In this document: one piece after another, positions 1 through 8,222 of the stretch
Layout of the letters: each line of letters begins with the position of its first letter
Numbering within the stretch: the stretch's first letter is position 1
NCBI GenBank assembly: GCA_945865605.1
Contig: CAMBEL010000001.1
Span: forward strand, 30,885 to 94,884
Origin: Bifidobacterium breve
GTDB lineage: Bacteria; Actinomycetota; Acidimicrobiia; IMCC26256; JAENVU01
Direction: 5' to 3'
DNA length: 64,000 bases
Program-made: the position numbers and the translations under genes
The notes under the pieces: model-generated
Database searches by the model: none
The model's input: only the letters and a program-made list of their open reading frames with translations
Told to the model about the DNA's origin: nothing

Positions 1-65
1 TCCTTGTCGACGAAGTCGCGGACGGCGTCACGGATCATCTGGTGTTCATCACTCCACTTGTACAC
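1..65 (-). CDS. acyl-CoA dehydrogenase, N-terminal fragment (gene runs off the window start)
   Basis: Reverse strand reads GGAGAAGAC-GTG followed by VYKWSDEHQMIRDAVRDFVDKE, a typical ACAD N-terminus behind an RBS. Only 21 codons are visible. Confidence 0.45.
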   Translation of the reverse strand, partial: MYKWSDEHQMIRDAVRDFVDK

Positions 66-125
66 GTCTTCTCCTAAAAAACCGGCTGCCGAAGGCAAGT
101 ATTCCCGTTTCGATGCCGAAATTGC

Positions 126-190
126 GCACCAGGGTGCTCGGTTTCAGCGCTGAAACGGGGCACCAGGGTGCTCAAAACGCGTGTCGAAAC
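126..190. repeat. intergenic repeat element, copy A (about 1.5 units)
   Basis: GCACCAGGGTGCTCG-GTTTCAGCGCTGAAAC-GGG-GCACCAGGGTGCTC-AAAACGCGTGTCGAAAC. The same modules recur at 16086-16170. TTTCAGCGCTGAAA is a perfect palindrome. Confidence 0.8.
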
Positions 191-204
191 GAATTTTCCT
201 CGGC

Positions 205-1374
205 TTACGCGCCTTTCACGCCGTCCCAGTACGTACCCATCAACATCGCTTCGAGCGAGCGCCGGTGCATTACAAGGTCATCGATGTCCGCTGGAATCTC
301 GCCTTGGCCGAAAGCAGCCGAGCGGAATCCGACACGCGTCATTACGACGCCGTGCCTGAGTGCGGCGTATGTAGTGAACCAATCCATATCACGCGGCGTA
401 TAACCGGAGAGTTCCTCGTACGTGGCCACAACACTGTGCCGTTGCATGAAGTCGGGGATGCCTGGCGCACCCAGATCTTCCGCCAAATCCTGAAAGAACC
501 GATGTAAGAAAATCATCCAACCGAGATCAACTTCCCGCGGCGCGAGCGTGGCCATCTCCCAATCGAACACGGCGACAGGTTCGAAGTCGCGATACATCAC
601 ATTGCCAATGCGCGCGTCCCCCCACGAAACAACTTCAGACCCCTCGTCTACTGGCCACCGTTCCTCCAGCCACTCAAATGCGCGTTCTAGCAGCGGAGCC
701 TCGCGACCATCCATCACCCATTCCATGTAAATGCGTTGCGCATTGAAGTGCCGCCTCAACGCGCTTTGATCGCTGCTTCCAGGAGAAGCGAGAAACCCGA
801 ACCGTTCAGATGATTCCTCGATGCCATGCAACATCGCCAAGACATCGACTGTGCTTCGTTCGAGCCGCGCTCGATCTTTGGTTGACCCTTCGGTAACCCA
901 AGTGTCACCGAATGTGTACGGCATGACATCTGGCGGAACATCTCCATTTACCCTGCCCATCACAAAAAACTCGGCTCCGATGAATGAAGGATCGGTTTCG
1001 ACCCAATAAACATGCGGCACCGGAACGTTTGTGAGCTGTGCGACCAATTGCATCACGCGCGCTTGACAGGCCAAGTCGTACACAGGAAACACCGGAACAG
1101 CGCTCTCCTCCGGGGCGACCCTTGCTACAAGGGACTCGCTACGCGAAATGCCAGATTCCATCCAAGTCGCTTCGAAAAGCAACGTGTCACTCGACATCCC
1201 ATTCGACGCTGGAGTCTCGATCGCAGCAATAGTTGGCGATGCGTCGGCACCTAGGTGACCAGCGAGCCAAGTTTCTAAGCGAAGGCGCGTGTTCTCATGG
1301 TCGCGACCTGACACGACCGGTCTTTCCCATTGATCAGCACGATTCGCATCGCCAGCCGACTCATCTGGCACCAC
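205..1374 (-). CDS. phosphotransferase-family protein (APH/choline-kinase fold, the type often linked to fadE genes)
   Basis: 389-aa ORF with a GTG start behind AGGAGA. Kinase-like motifs VVSWGDARIGNVMY and DWEMATLAPREVDLGW. Confidence 0.8.
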   Translation of the reverse strand: MVPDESAGDANRADQWERPVVSGRDHENTRLRLETWLAGHLGADASPTIAAIETPASNGMSSDTLLFEATWMESGISRSESLVARVAPEESAVPVFPVYDLACQARVMQLVAQLTNVPVPHVYWVETDPSFIGAEFFVMGRVNGDVPPDVMPYTFGDTWVTEGSTKDRARLERSTVDVLAMLHGIEESSERFGFLASPGSSDQSALRRHFNAQRIYMEWVMDGREAPLLERAFEWLEERWPVDEGSEVVSWGDARIGNVMYRDFEPVAVFDWEMATLAPREVDLGWMIFLHRFFQDLAEDLGAPGIPDFMQRHSVVATYEELSGYTPRDMDWFTTYAALRHGVVMTRVGFRSAAFGQGEIPADIDDLVMHRRSLEAMLMGTYWDGVKGA

Positions 1375-1392
1375 TTCTGTCTCCTGGTGGCG

Positions 1393-2706
1393 TCAGATCG
1401 CAGACTTGCAAATGTTGAGTGGGTGATCGATCCAGTTCTTCATTGGCAACTGGTAATAGGAGCCGTCGGAACAACTGAGCGCAGGGTTTACTTCGCTGAA
1501 GAGACCGTCGCGCGATTCCCAACCCGGAACCGACCAAACGTGAACCATCCATTGCGTCTGCTCCATCATGAAACCACCAGCGCTTTCGCACAACTTCGTA
1601 GTGACTTCACCATCTGCACCGAACGGCGCGTCGAGCCCCTCTGGGGTGCGCTTGAGACAGGTGTTGGTGTGGAAGTGCCACACGTCGTTCGAGCCAGCGA
1701 AGCCAACCGGCTCCTTCTCGCTCATCGAGTAGTACATGAACCCTGCAATCCTGGAGTCATCGGCGGTGCCGTCGTAGATATACGCCATCGGGTTCATCGC
1801 GTCCTCGATGCTCACATCGCCATCGGCATTCATCGCGGCGCCATTTGTGCGGATGTAATGCGCACCGAGTCCTGGAGAAAATGGTCCAGCTCGCCACCCG
1901 CCAGCAGCTTTGATTGCGGCGACTGTTGGGAAGAGTCTCGCAGCCTCGATACTCCCAGCCATCTGCTGTGACAGGAGTGCGCGTTCTTCAACCGTGAGGG
2001 GCTTCTCAGCAACCATCTCACTGTGGTGCCCGTTCGACAGAAGGGATAGGCCTTTGTCGTCAGTAGAAGCGGCGGCCTTCATGGCGGCCGCGCCCTCGTG
2101 CCCGTGCACTTCTCCTCCTGCAGCCCCTGCATTGCTCGCGCCGTGGGCTCGCGCTGCGTGGTTGCGGGCGCCGGGCGAAGCCAAAGCAGCAGTCCCAAGC
2201 GCGATTACTCCAACTGCAACGGCACCGGCAATCGCGAAAGCCTCGGCCCCGCGGCGAAGCGCGCCTGGCCGCGCGATCAGGACGAGAGCGGCAATTACGA
2301 ATGCTGCCTCGAGAGCTACGGCACTCAGATCTACAAATCCAACCGTCTCTGCGTGCCCATTGTTCGGACCCATCGGAAAGCCAGAAATTCGACTAACTAC
2401 CCAGAGACCAATGAAGACGAGATTGCCCAGTACCCCGGCAGTAAGCACCGCGCGGCTTGGACGTATAACCACGGCCAGTGCAATCAGGAGACCAAACCAT
2501 CCAGCCACAGCGAAGCCAATGCCTTCTACAGTCCACTCGCCCCAGTGAGCGGGCATCATCACAAAATGCATCACGCCAGCCGTGGCCGATATGACGGCGA
2601 GGATGACTCTCGCTGGCATCGAAATCTCGGGAGTGACCTTGGCGGACACAGGTGCAGGTGGCACTGAATCGCTGTACGCCATCTGTCGGTCAAGAACGTC
2701 GGTCAT
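1393..2706 (-). CDS. integral membrane protein with a His/Ala/Gly-rich linker and a C-terminal extracytoplasmic domain, function unknown
   Basis: Internal ATG at 2706 preceded by GAGGGGGAA (MTDVLDRQ...). About 5 predicted TM helices, then HAARAHGASNAGAAGGEVHGHEG, then a domain of about 230 aa. The longer ORF to 3027 overlaps the divergent gene and was trimmed. Confidence 0.65.
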   Translation of the reverse strand: MTDVLDRQMAYSDSVPPAPVSAKVTPEISMPARVILAVISATAGVMHFVMMPAHWGEWTVEGIGFAVAGWFGLLIALAVVIRPSRAVLTAGVLGNLVFIGLWVVSRISGFPMGPNNGHAETVGFVDLSAVALEAAFVIAALVLIARPGALRRGAEAFAIAGAVAVGVIALGTAALASPGARNHAARAHGASNAGAAGGEVHGHEGAAAMKAAASTDDKGLSLLSNGHHSEMVAEKPLTVEERALLSQQMAGSIEAARLFPTVAAIKAAGGWRAGPFSPGLGAHYIRTNGAAMNADGDVSIEDAMNPMAYIYDGTADDSRIAGFMYYSMSEKEPVGFAGSNDVWHFHTNTCLKRTPEGLDAPFGADGEVTTKLCESAGGFMMEQTQWMVHVWSVPGWESRDGLFSEVNPALSCSDGSYYQLPMKNWIDHPLNICKSAI

Positions 2707-2737
2707 GGTTCCCCCTCGGCCTACTCCCCCCGGAGCA

Positions 2738-2749
2738 AGTTCGCGAACT
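2738..2749. promoter_or_regulatory. perfect 12-bp palindrome AGTTCGCGAACT in a divergent promoter region
   Basis: Lies in the 145-bp spacer between the divergent genes starting at 2706 (-) and 2852 (+). Confidence 0.25.
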
Positions 2750-2851
2750 CTAGTGGACGATTGCCTTCCGCGGAAACCCTCGGGATACCCAACTAAGTGC
2801 CGACAAGCATGATCTGACTTGTCTGATTGGTGACAGGTAACGTCGGCCGCT

Positions 2852-3727
2852 ATGACGATGCCCACCGACATTGGCGTGATCGACCTCATGCTCGGGATAC
2901 CTAGCGGAGACCCCAAGCACTGGTACGACTTCCTGCGCACGCAACTCCTCGACCGCGAGAGCCGCGAAGACTTCGAGTTTCCCGCAGAGTACATGTTCAA
3001 ACATGTTCCCAAGTTCGCGGAGCACATGGACGACCCCGTCAGTTACCTCCTAAGCGAGATGGACACCCACGGCATCGCCATGGCAATGGTCGGTACAAGT
3101 TTCAAGAATGATCAGGCACAGAAAGCGATCAAGGACCATCCGACTCGGTTCTTCGGGAGTTTCGAAGTTGACCCGAACCACGGTATGGAAGGCGTGCGCG
3201 AACTCGAAGCCGCGGTCACCGAACTCGGGGTCAAATCGGCCACCGCTTTCCCATCTGGATTGAACCCTCAGGTGCCGATCAACGACAAGAAGTTTTACCC
3301 GATCTACGCGAAGTGTGTTGAGCTTGACATTCCTATTTGTGTTTGCGCGGGCGTGCCAGGGCCGCGTGTTCCGTTCGCTCCTCAAGAGGTCGCACTAATT
3401 GACGAAGTCTGTTGGTTCTTCCCTGAACTGCGTTTTGTGACGCGACACGGGTGCGAGCCGTGGGCCGACCTCGCAGTCAAACTCATGCTCAAGTGGCCAA
3501 ATCTCTACTACTCCACAAGTGCGTTCGCGCCGAAGTATTACCCGCAAGAGGTAATCCAATACGCCAACACGCGCGGCGCCGACAAGGTCATGTACGCGGG
3601 CTACTTCCCGATGGGTCTTTCGCTAGAACGCATCTTCACGGACATGCCAGACGTCCCTTTCCGCGATCACGTGTGGCCGAAGTTCTTGCGCGACAACGCG
3701 ATACGCGTCTTCAAGCTCGAAGAGTGA
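2852..3727 (+). CDS. amidohydrolase-2 (ACMSD-like) family protein
   Basis: 291 aa. Strongly similar to the next gene over PQVPINDKK.YPIYAKCVEL...NLYYSTSAFAPK.YP...RDHVWPKFL. Confidence 0.8.
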   Translation: MTMPTDIGVIDLMLGIPSGDPKHWYDFLRTQLLDRESREDFEFPAEYMFKHVPKFAEHMDDPVSYLLSEMDTHGIAMAMVGTSFKNDQAQKAIKDHPTRFFGSFEVDPNHGMEGVRELEAAVTELGVKSATAFPSGLNPQVPINDKKFYPIYAKCVELDIPICVCAGVPGPRVPFAPQEVALIDEVCWFFPELRFVTRHGCEPWADLAVKLMLKWPNLYYSTSAFAPKYYPQEVIQYANTRGADKVMYAGYFPMGLSLERIFTDMPDVPFRDHVWPKFLRDNAIRVFKLEE

Positions 3728-3749
3728 CGTCACTCGGGTTACGTCTTCG

Positions 3750-4643
3750 ATGACTAATGCAGCATTCGAAGCAGCGCGCGCGAACGGGGTTATCGATACG
3801 TTCCTCTCGATGCCCGCGCCTCGTACCGAGAAGGCAAAGGTTTACGACTACATACGAGATCAAGCGATGGATCCTGAAACGCAAGGCATGGAAATGCCCG
3901 CCGAATATATGTTCAAAGAAGTTCCCCACTATGAGGAATTGACGGATCCGGTCGCAGAAGTTCTCACGCTGATGGATCAATACGGGATTCGCATGATGAT
4001 GCCCGGGATCGCAGAGAACGAGCACGCTCAGCGCGCGTGTCGCGACTACCCCGATCGCTTTCGCGGCATGGTCAACGTGAATCCCAACACTGGCATGGCG
4101 AGTGTGAGGGAACTTGAACAGTCGGTGGCCAACGGCGCGATCGCTGCGCACGTGTGGGGCACCGGGATCGTCCCCCAAGTGCCCATCAACGACAAGAAGA
4201 TGTATCCCATCTATGCCAAATGTGTTGAACTCGAGTTACCGATAATTGTGTACGCGGGCGTTCCAGGGCCGCGCATCCCAATGGCCGCTCAAGATGTCGC
4301 TCTGCTCGATGAAGTGTGCTGGTACTTCCCCGAATTGAAGATTGTCGTTCGTCATGGCGGCGAGCCGTGGACCAAATTGATGGTCAAGCTCTTGTTAAAG
4401 TGGCCAAACCTCTATTACTCAACCAGCGCGTTTGCTCCTAAGCACTACCCTGCCGACATTATCGATTTCGCAAATACTCGCGGCGCCGACAAAATCATCT
4501 ACGCCGGTTACTTCTCCGCAGGGCTTGGACTTGATCGCATCTTTTCGGAACTTCCCAATGTGCCTTTTCGAGACCACGTATGGCCCAAGTTCCTTCACGA
4601 GAACGCTGCACGCGTCTTCAGCATCGAAGCAGCACCGAAGTAG
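3750..4643 (+). CDS. amidohydrolase-2 family protein (tandem paralogue)
   Basis: 297 aa. Aligns with 2852-3727 along most of its length. Confidence 0.8.
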   Translation: MTNAAFEAARANGVIDTFLSMPAPRTEKAKVYDYIRDQAMDPETQGMEMPAEYMFKEVPHYEELTDPVAEVLTLMDQYGIRMMMPGIAENEHAQRACRDYPDRFRGMVNVNPNTGMASVRELEQSVANGAIAAHVWGTGIVPQVPINDKKMYPIYAKCVELELPIIVYAGVPGPRIPMAAQDVALLDEVCWYFPELKIVVRHGGEPWTKLMVKLLLKWPNLYYSTSAFAPKHYPADIIDFANTRGADKIIYAGYFSAGLGLDRIFSELPNVPFRDHVWPKFLHENAARVFSIEAAPK

Positions 4644-4653
4644 CGTCTAGCCG

Positions 4654-5808
4654 ATGGGTCCGCTCAATGGCATCAAGGTGATCGAGTTGCCGAGCATCGG
4701 GCCGATGCAGTTCGCTGGCATGGCACTTGGGGACCTTGGCGCTGACGTCCTTCGCCTAGATCGGGCCAGTTCAGTTGCGAGTGGCGAAGGCACCATGCCT
4801 GCATCACCGTTCGCAAGTCTTGATCGCAATCGGCGCAGCGCTGGCATAGACCTGAAGCACCCCGAAGGCGCAGCCACGGTGTTGCGACTCTGCGAGACGG
4901 CGGACGTGCTTATCGAGGGATTTCGACCCGGCGTTGCCGAGCGTCTCGGAATCGGACCCGATGTGGCACTCGCGCGCAATGAACGTCTCATCTACGGGCG
5001 CATGACGGGGTGGGGTCAAGACGGCCCTCTGGCTAAAGATCCGGGACATGACCTCAACTACATCGCTCTTGCGGGCGCGCTCGCCCACATTGGAACAGCG
5101 GGTGGCCCACCAGTTCCGCCCATAAACCTTCTCGGCGACTTCGGCGGTGGCGGTCTACTTCTCGCATTCGGTGTGTTGGCCGCACTTCTGGAACGCGAAC
5201 GCTCCGGCCTAGGTCAGGTAATCGACGCGGCGATGGTCGACGGCACCGCGATGTTGATGAGCGTATTCGTAGGACTCTCCGCAATGGGTTATTGGTCGGA
5301 CGAGCGCGGCACGAACCTCCTCGACGGGGGCGCGCACTTTTATGGCGTATATGAAACACAAGACAGCAAGTGGATTTCTATCGCTAGTTATGAACCGCAG
5401 TTCTACGGCGAACTTTCACGCCTACTGGCGCCGCTTGGCGTAGCTCTCGATTCCGCAACGCAGATGGACCAGTCTTTGTGGCCAAGCCTCAAGATAAAAA
5501 TGACAACACTCTTTCGGACGCGAACGCGTGATGCATGGTGCGATTTTTTTGATGGCCACGAAGTGTGTTTCGCTCCGGTATTGACGATGAACGAGGCACG
5601 GGAACATCCGCACAACGTGGCGCGCGGCACCTTCACTGAAGTGGGCGGCTCGCCACAACCTGCACCGGCTCCGCGTTTCGGGCGCACGCCAGGGTCAATA
5701 GATCGGTTGCCAGCGACGCCTGGTGCCGACACCGACATCGTGCTCGCAGAGTGGGGCATCGAACCAGTGGAGATCGAACGACTCAAAGCAAGCGGCGCGA
5801 TTGCCTAG
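4654..5808 (+). CDS. mcr: alpha-methylacyl-CoA racemase-like family III CoA-transferase
   Basis: 384 aa. MGPLNGIKVIELPSIGP...LGADVLRLDR, RLIYGRMTGWGQDGP, GHDLNYIA and LLGDFGGGG match M. tuberculosis Mcr as I recall it, including the His and Asp catalytic contexts. Confidence 0.75.
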   Translation: MGPLNGIKVIELPSIGPMQFAGMALGDLGADVLRLDRASSVASGEGTMPASPFASLDRNRRSAGIDLKHPEGAATVLRLCETADVLIEGFRPGVAERLGIGPDVALARNERLIYGRMTGWGQDGPLAKDPGHDLNYIALAGALAHIGTAGGPPVPPINLLGDFGGGGLLLAFGVLAALLERERSGLGQVIDAAMVDGTAMLMSVFVGLSAMGYWSDERGTNLLDGGAHFYGVYETQDSKWISIASYEPQFYGELSRLLAPLGVALDSATQMDQSLWPSLKIKMTTLFRTRTRDAWCDFFDGHEVCFAPVLTMNEAREHPHNVARGTFTEVGGSPQPAPAPRFGRTPGSIDRLPATPGADTDIVLAEWGIEPVEIERLKASGAIA

Positions 5809-5846
5809 TGATTATTGCGTAGTAGATATTTCGGCTGTCGCAGCTT

Positions 5847-7481
5847 CTAGGAAACGGATTTAGCGCTGGCTTCTGCGGCCGCGACTGCGAAACTCTTGGC
5901 CCACGGGTAGTCGGGCTTACCGCTCGGCGCGCGGCTGATGAGATCCACAAAGAACACTTGCTTGGGTGCCTTGTAGGGCGCAATCTCTGTTCGACAATGC
6001 GCGGCTAATTCTTCTACCGACGGCGTCTTGCCTTCGCGCGGCTGCAACACAGCGACTACGCGCTCCCCCCAACGCGCATCGGGAATGCCGACCACCAGAA
6101 CATCGAAAACATCTGGGTGACCTTTTAGAACGCCTTCAACCTCTTCTGGGAACACTTTTTCTCCACCGGTGTTGATCATGATTGACCCCCGGCCGAGAAG
6201 CGTCATCTCGCCATTGGCTTCAACCGTGGCGAAGTCGCCGGGAATCGAATACCGACGTCCTTCGTGCTCGAAAAACACCTGCGCGGACCGCTCGGGGTCC
6301 TTGTAGTAGCCGAGCGGAATATTCCCCGTCCGTGCGAGGCGACCTACGACCCCGGAACCGGGTTCGATGAGCCGATATTCATCATCAATCACGATCGAAT
6401 CCAGCGACGGCTGAACCGTCGCAGGCCCCCCACGAGGTTTCTCGCCTTTGACGGCAATCTTGATGCCATTCATCCCAGTTTCGGTCGCGCCGACAGAGTC
6501 GACGACCAAGATGTTGGGAAGTAAATCCATCAATTGGTCTTTGATCGATTGCGAAAAGATTGCCGCGCTAGATCCGATCGAAAAGAGTGCGGACAGGTCG
6601 AGTTCGCCCTGCATCTCCTCTAAGGCGTCTGCTAGTGGACGTGCCATTGCATCGCCGGTAATGCCAAGGACATTTACCTTCTCTCCGGCGATCAGCCGCC
6701 ATGCATCTCTCGCTTCGAAACGTGCCGTGAGCACGGTCGTGTCTCCGTGGATCAAGCCGCGGATTGTCGTGACCTGGCCAGCTCCATGCATCAACGGCGC
6801 TATCGGGAAGTTGATCCCTCCGGCAGGACTCGCCGCCGCGCGTTCGCTCAGTTCCTCGGGCCGTTCCATCTTCTCGTTGGAGAACGCATCAATGCCGCCG
6901 CACAGCGAAAAGAAGATGTCCTCCTGACGCCACATGACGCCCTTGGGCATGCCTGTAGTCCCGCCGGTGTAGATCATGTGGATGTCGTCGCCGGAACGAA
7001 CTTCGAAGTCGCGCTCCTGGGCACCAGCGGCCATCGCATCCTCGTACTCCGTAAAGTCAAGACCCTCGGTGTTCGCGCCACTTCCGTCATCGGAAAGAAT
7101 GAGATGACGAAGCGTGGGCACTTCGTCTCGAATAGCTGCGAGACGCGGTGCAAACTCGTGTTGAGCGATGATCGCTACCAGGTCTGCGTTCGCGCATAGG
7201 TAGCGCAATTCACTCTCGACATATCGATAATTGATATTCACGGGGACTGCGCGGATCTTGTAAAGCGCAACCATTCCCTCTACCCATTCGACGCCGTTGT
7301 AGGCGTAGATCCCTACGTGCTCTCCCGACCGCACCCCAGCAGCTTGCAGGTGGTGGGCGAGTCGGTTTGCGCGCTCCTCGAGTTCTCCGAATGTGCGACG
7401 CGTGTCGCCGACTACCAGCGCATTGCGTTCGGGCACTACATCGACAATCGCCTCGAACATGTCTGCGAAGTTGAACTCCAT
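5847..7481 (-). CDS. long-chain acyl-CoA synthetase (AMP-binding, FadD-like)
   Basis: 544 aa with the IYTGGTTGMPKGV AMP-binding motif. The C-terminal lysine context is KAPKQV. Confidence 0.85.
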   Translation of the reverse strand: MEFNFADMFEAIVDVVPERNALVVGDTRRTFGELEERANRLAHHLQAAGVRSGEHVGIYAYNGVEWVEGMVALYKIRAVPVNINYRYVESELRYLCANADLVAIIAQHEFAPRLAAIRDEVPTLRHLILSDDGSGANTEGLDFTEYEDAMAAGAQERDFEVRSGDDIHMIYTGGTTGMPKGVMWRQEDIFFSLCGGIDAFSNEKMERPEELSERAAASPAGGINFPIAPLMHGAGQVTTIRGLIHGDTTVLTARFEARDAWRLIAGEKVNVLGITGDAMARPLADALEEMQGELDLSALFSIGSSAAIFSQSIKDQLMDLLPNILVVDSVGATETGMNGIKIAVKGEKPRGGPATVQPSLDSIVIDDEYRLIEPGSGVVGRLARTGNIPLGYYKDPERSAQVFFEHEGRRYSIPGDFATVEANGEMTLLGRGSIMINTGGEKVFPEEVEGVLKGHPDVFDVLVVGIPDARWGERVVAVLQPREGKTPSVEELAAHCRTEIAPYKAPKQVFFVDLISRAPSGKPDYPWAKSFAVAAAEASAKSVS

Positions 7482-7520
7482 GTTCCGACACTAGAACACA
7501 GTCGCCCGACTACGTCTAGG

Positions 7521-8120
7521 TCAGGCGATCAGAAGCCTGGCGGCACGTTCGAGGTCCCGTGCAATGACCTCGGGTCCATCTACCCCTCCAACCCAACCGA
7601 CCAGCGATGCAAGCCACACCTGCGTCAATATGCGCGCTACCGCAAGATCTCTTTCTGTCGGTTCTCCCGCATGCATTGCTGCCGTAATTATTTGACCCAT
7701 TGAGGTACTAATCCGCGCCACAGCGTCGGCTTCGGTGGGGCGCGCGGAACCGAGTGCACGAACCATCGCTGCTGTTGCGTCTGGACGTCGGGTGAGCCAA
7801 CGGCACGCACGATTGAGTACATCAACAACTCGTTCGACAGCTTCGGTCCCTTCGGGTGGTCGTTCGAGCAACCGCTCACCTAGAAGTTCAACCTGCTCAA
7901 CATTCGCTTCAAGGAGCAACCGCTCCTTGGACTCGAAATATCGGTACACCGTGCCCAATGCGACTCCCGCCTCTGCCGCGACATCGCGCATTTGAACAGC
8001 ATCGAATCCACCTCGATCTGCCATGGCGAGCGTTACATCTAAGACTCTCCGGCGCCGGGCAGCCTGATTGCGAGCGAGTGTGCTGCCATTTTCGATTACA
8101 TCTTCAGAATCGGTAACCAT
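7521..8120 (-). CDS. kstR: TetR-family repressor, KstR orthologue
   Basis: RVLDVTLAMADRGGFDAVQMRDVAAEAGVALGTVYRYFESK, HAGEPTERDLAVARILTQVWLASLVGWV and RAARLLI parallel Mtb KstR (Rv3574) from memory. ATG at 8120 preferred over GTG at 8159, whose extra codons are AT-rich and contain the operator. Confidence 0.7.
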   Translation of the reverse strand: MVTDSEDVIENGSTLARNQAARRRRVLDVTLAMADRGGFDAVQMRDVAAEAGVALGTVYRYFESKERLLLEANVEQVELLGERLLERPPEGTEAVERVVDVLNRACRWLTRRPDATAAMVRALGSARPTEADAVARISTSMGQIITAAMHAGEPTERDLAVARILTQVWLASLVGWVGGVDGPEVIARDLERAARLLIA

Positions 8121-8128
8121 TCCTATAT

Positions 8129-8142
8129 TGGAACACGTTCTA
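8129..8142. promoter_or_regulatory. KstR operator (TGGAACACGTTCTA)
   Basis: Fits the published KstR motif TnnAACnnGTTnnA and differs at one base from the mycobacterial TAGAACACGTTCTA. Sits between divergent kstR and the gene at 8223. Confidence 0.6.
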
Positions 8143-8222
8143 ATTCTCTGGGCAAACACCTAAATCCCATAGCGGACTGAATCGATGGCACCGGACCCTC
8201 GCAAGACTGCGAGACTGCGCCG

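Noticed and set aside
2707-3027. N-terminal extension of the membrane-protein ORF (ORF track 1393-3027)
   Set aside because: The extension overlaps the start of the divergent amidohydrolase gene and is Cys/Arg/Ser-rich. An internal ATG at 2706 has a strong RBS.
7481-7505. TGTTC-N8-GAACA inverted repeat and the TAGAACAC half-site immediately upstream of the fadD start
   Set aside because: Only one half matches the KstR box (TAGAACAC followed by AGTCGC), and the spacing is wrong for either KstR or LexA. Possibly a degenerate operator, but not supportable from sequence alone.
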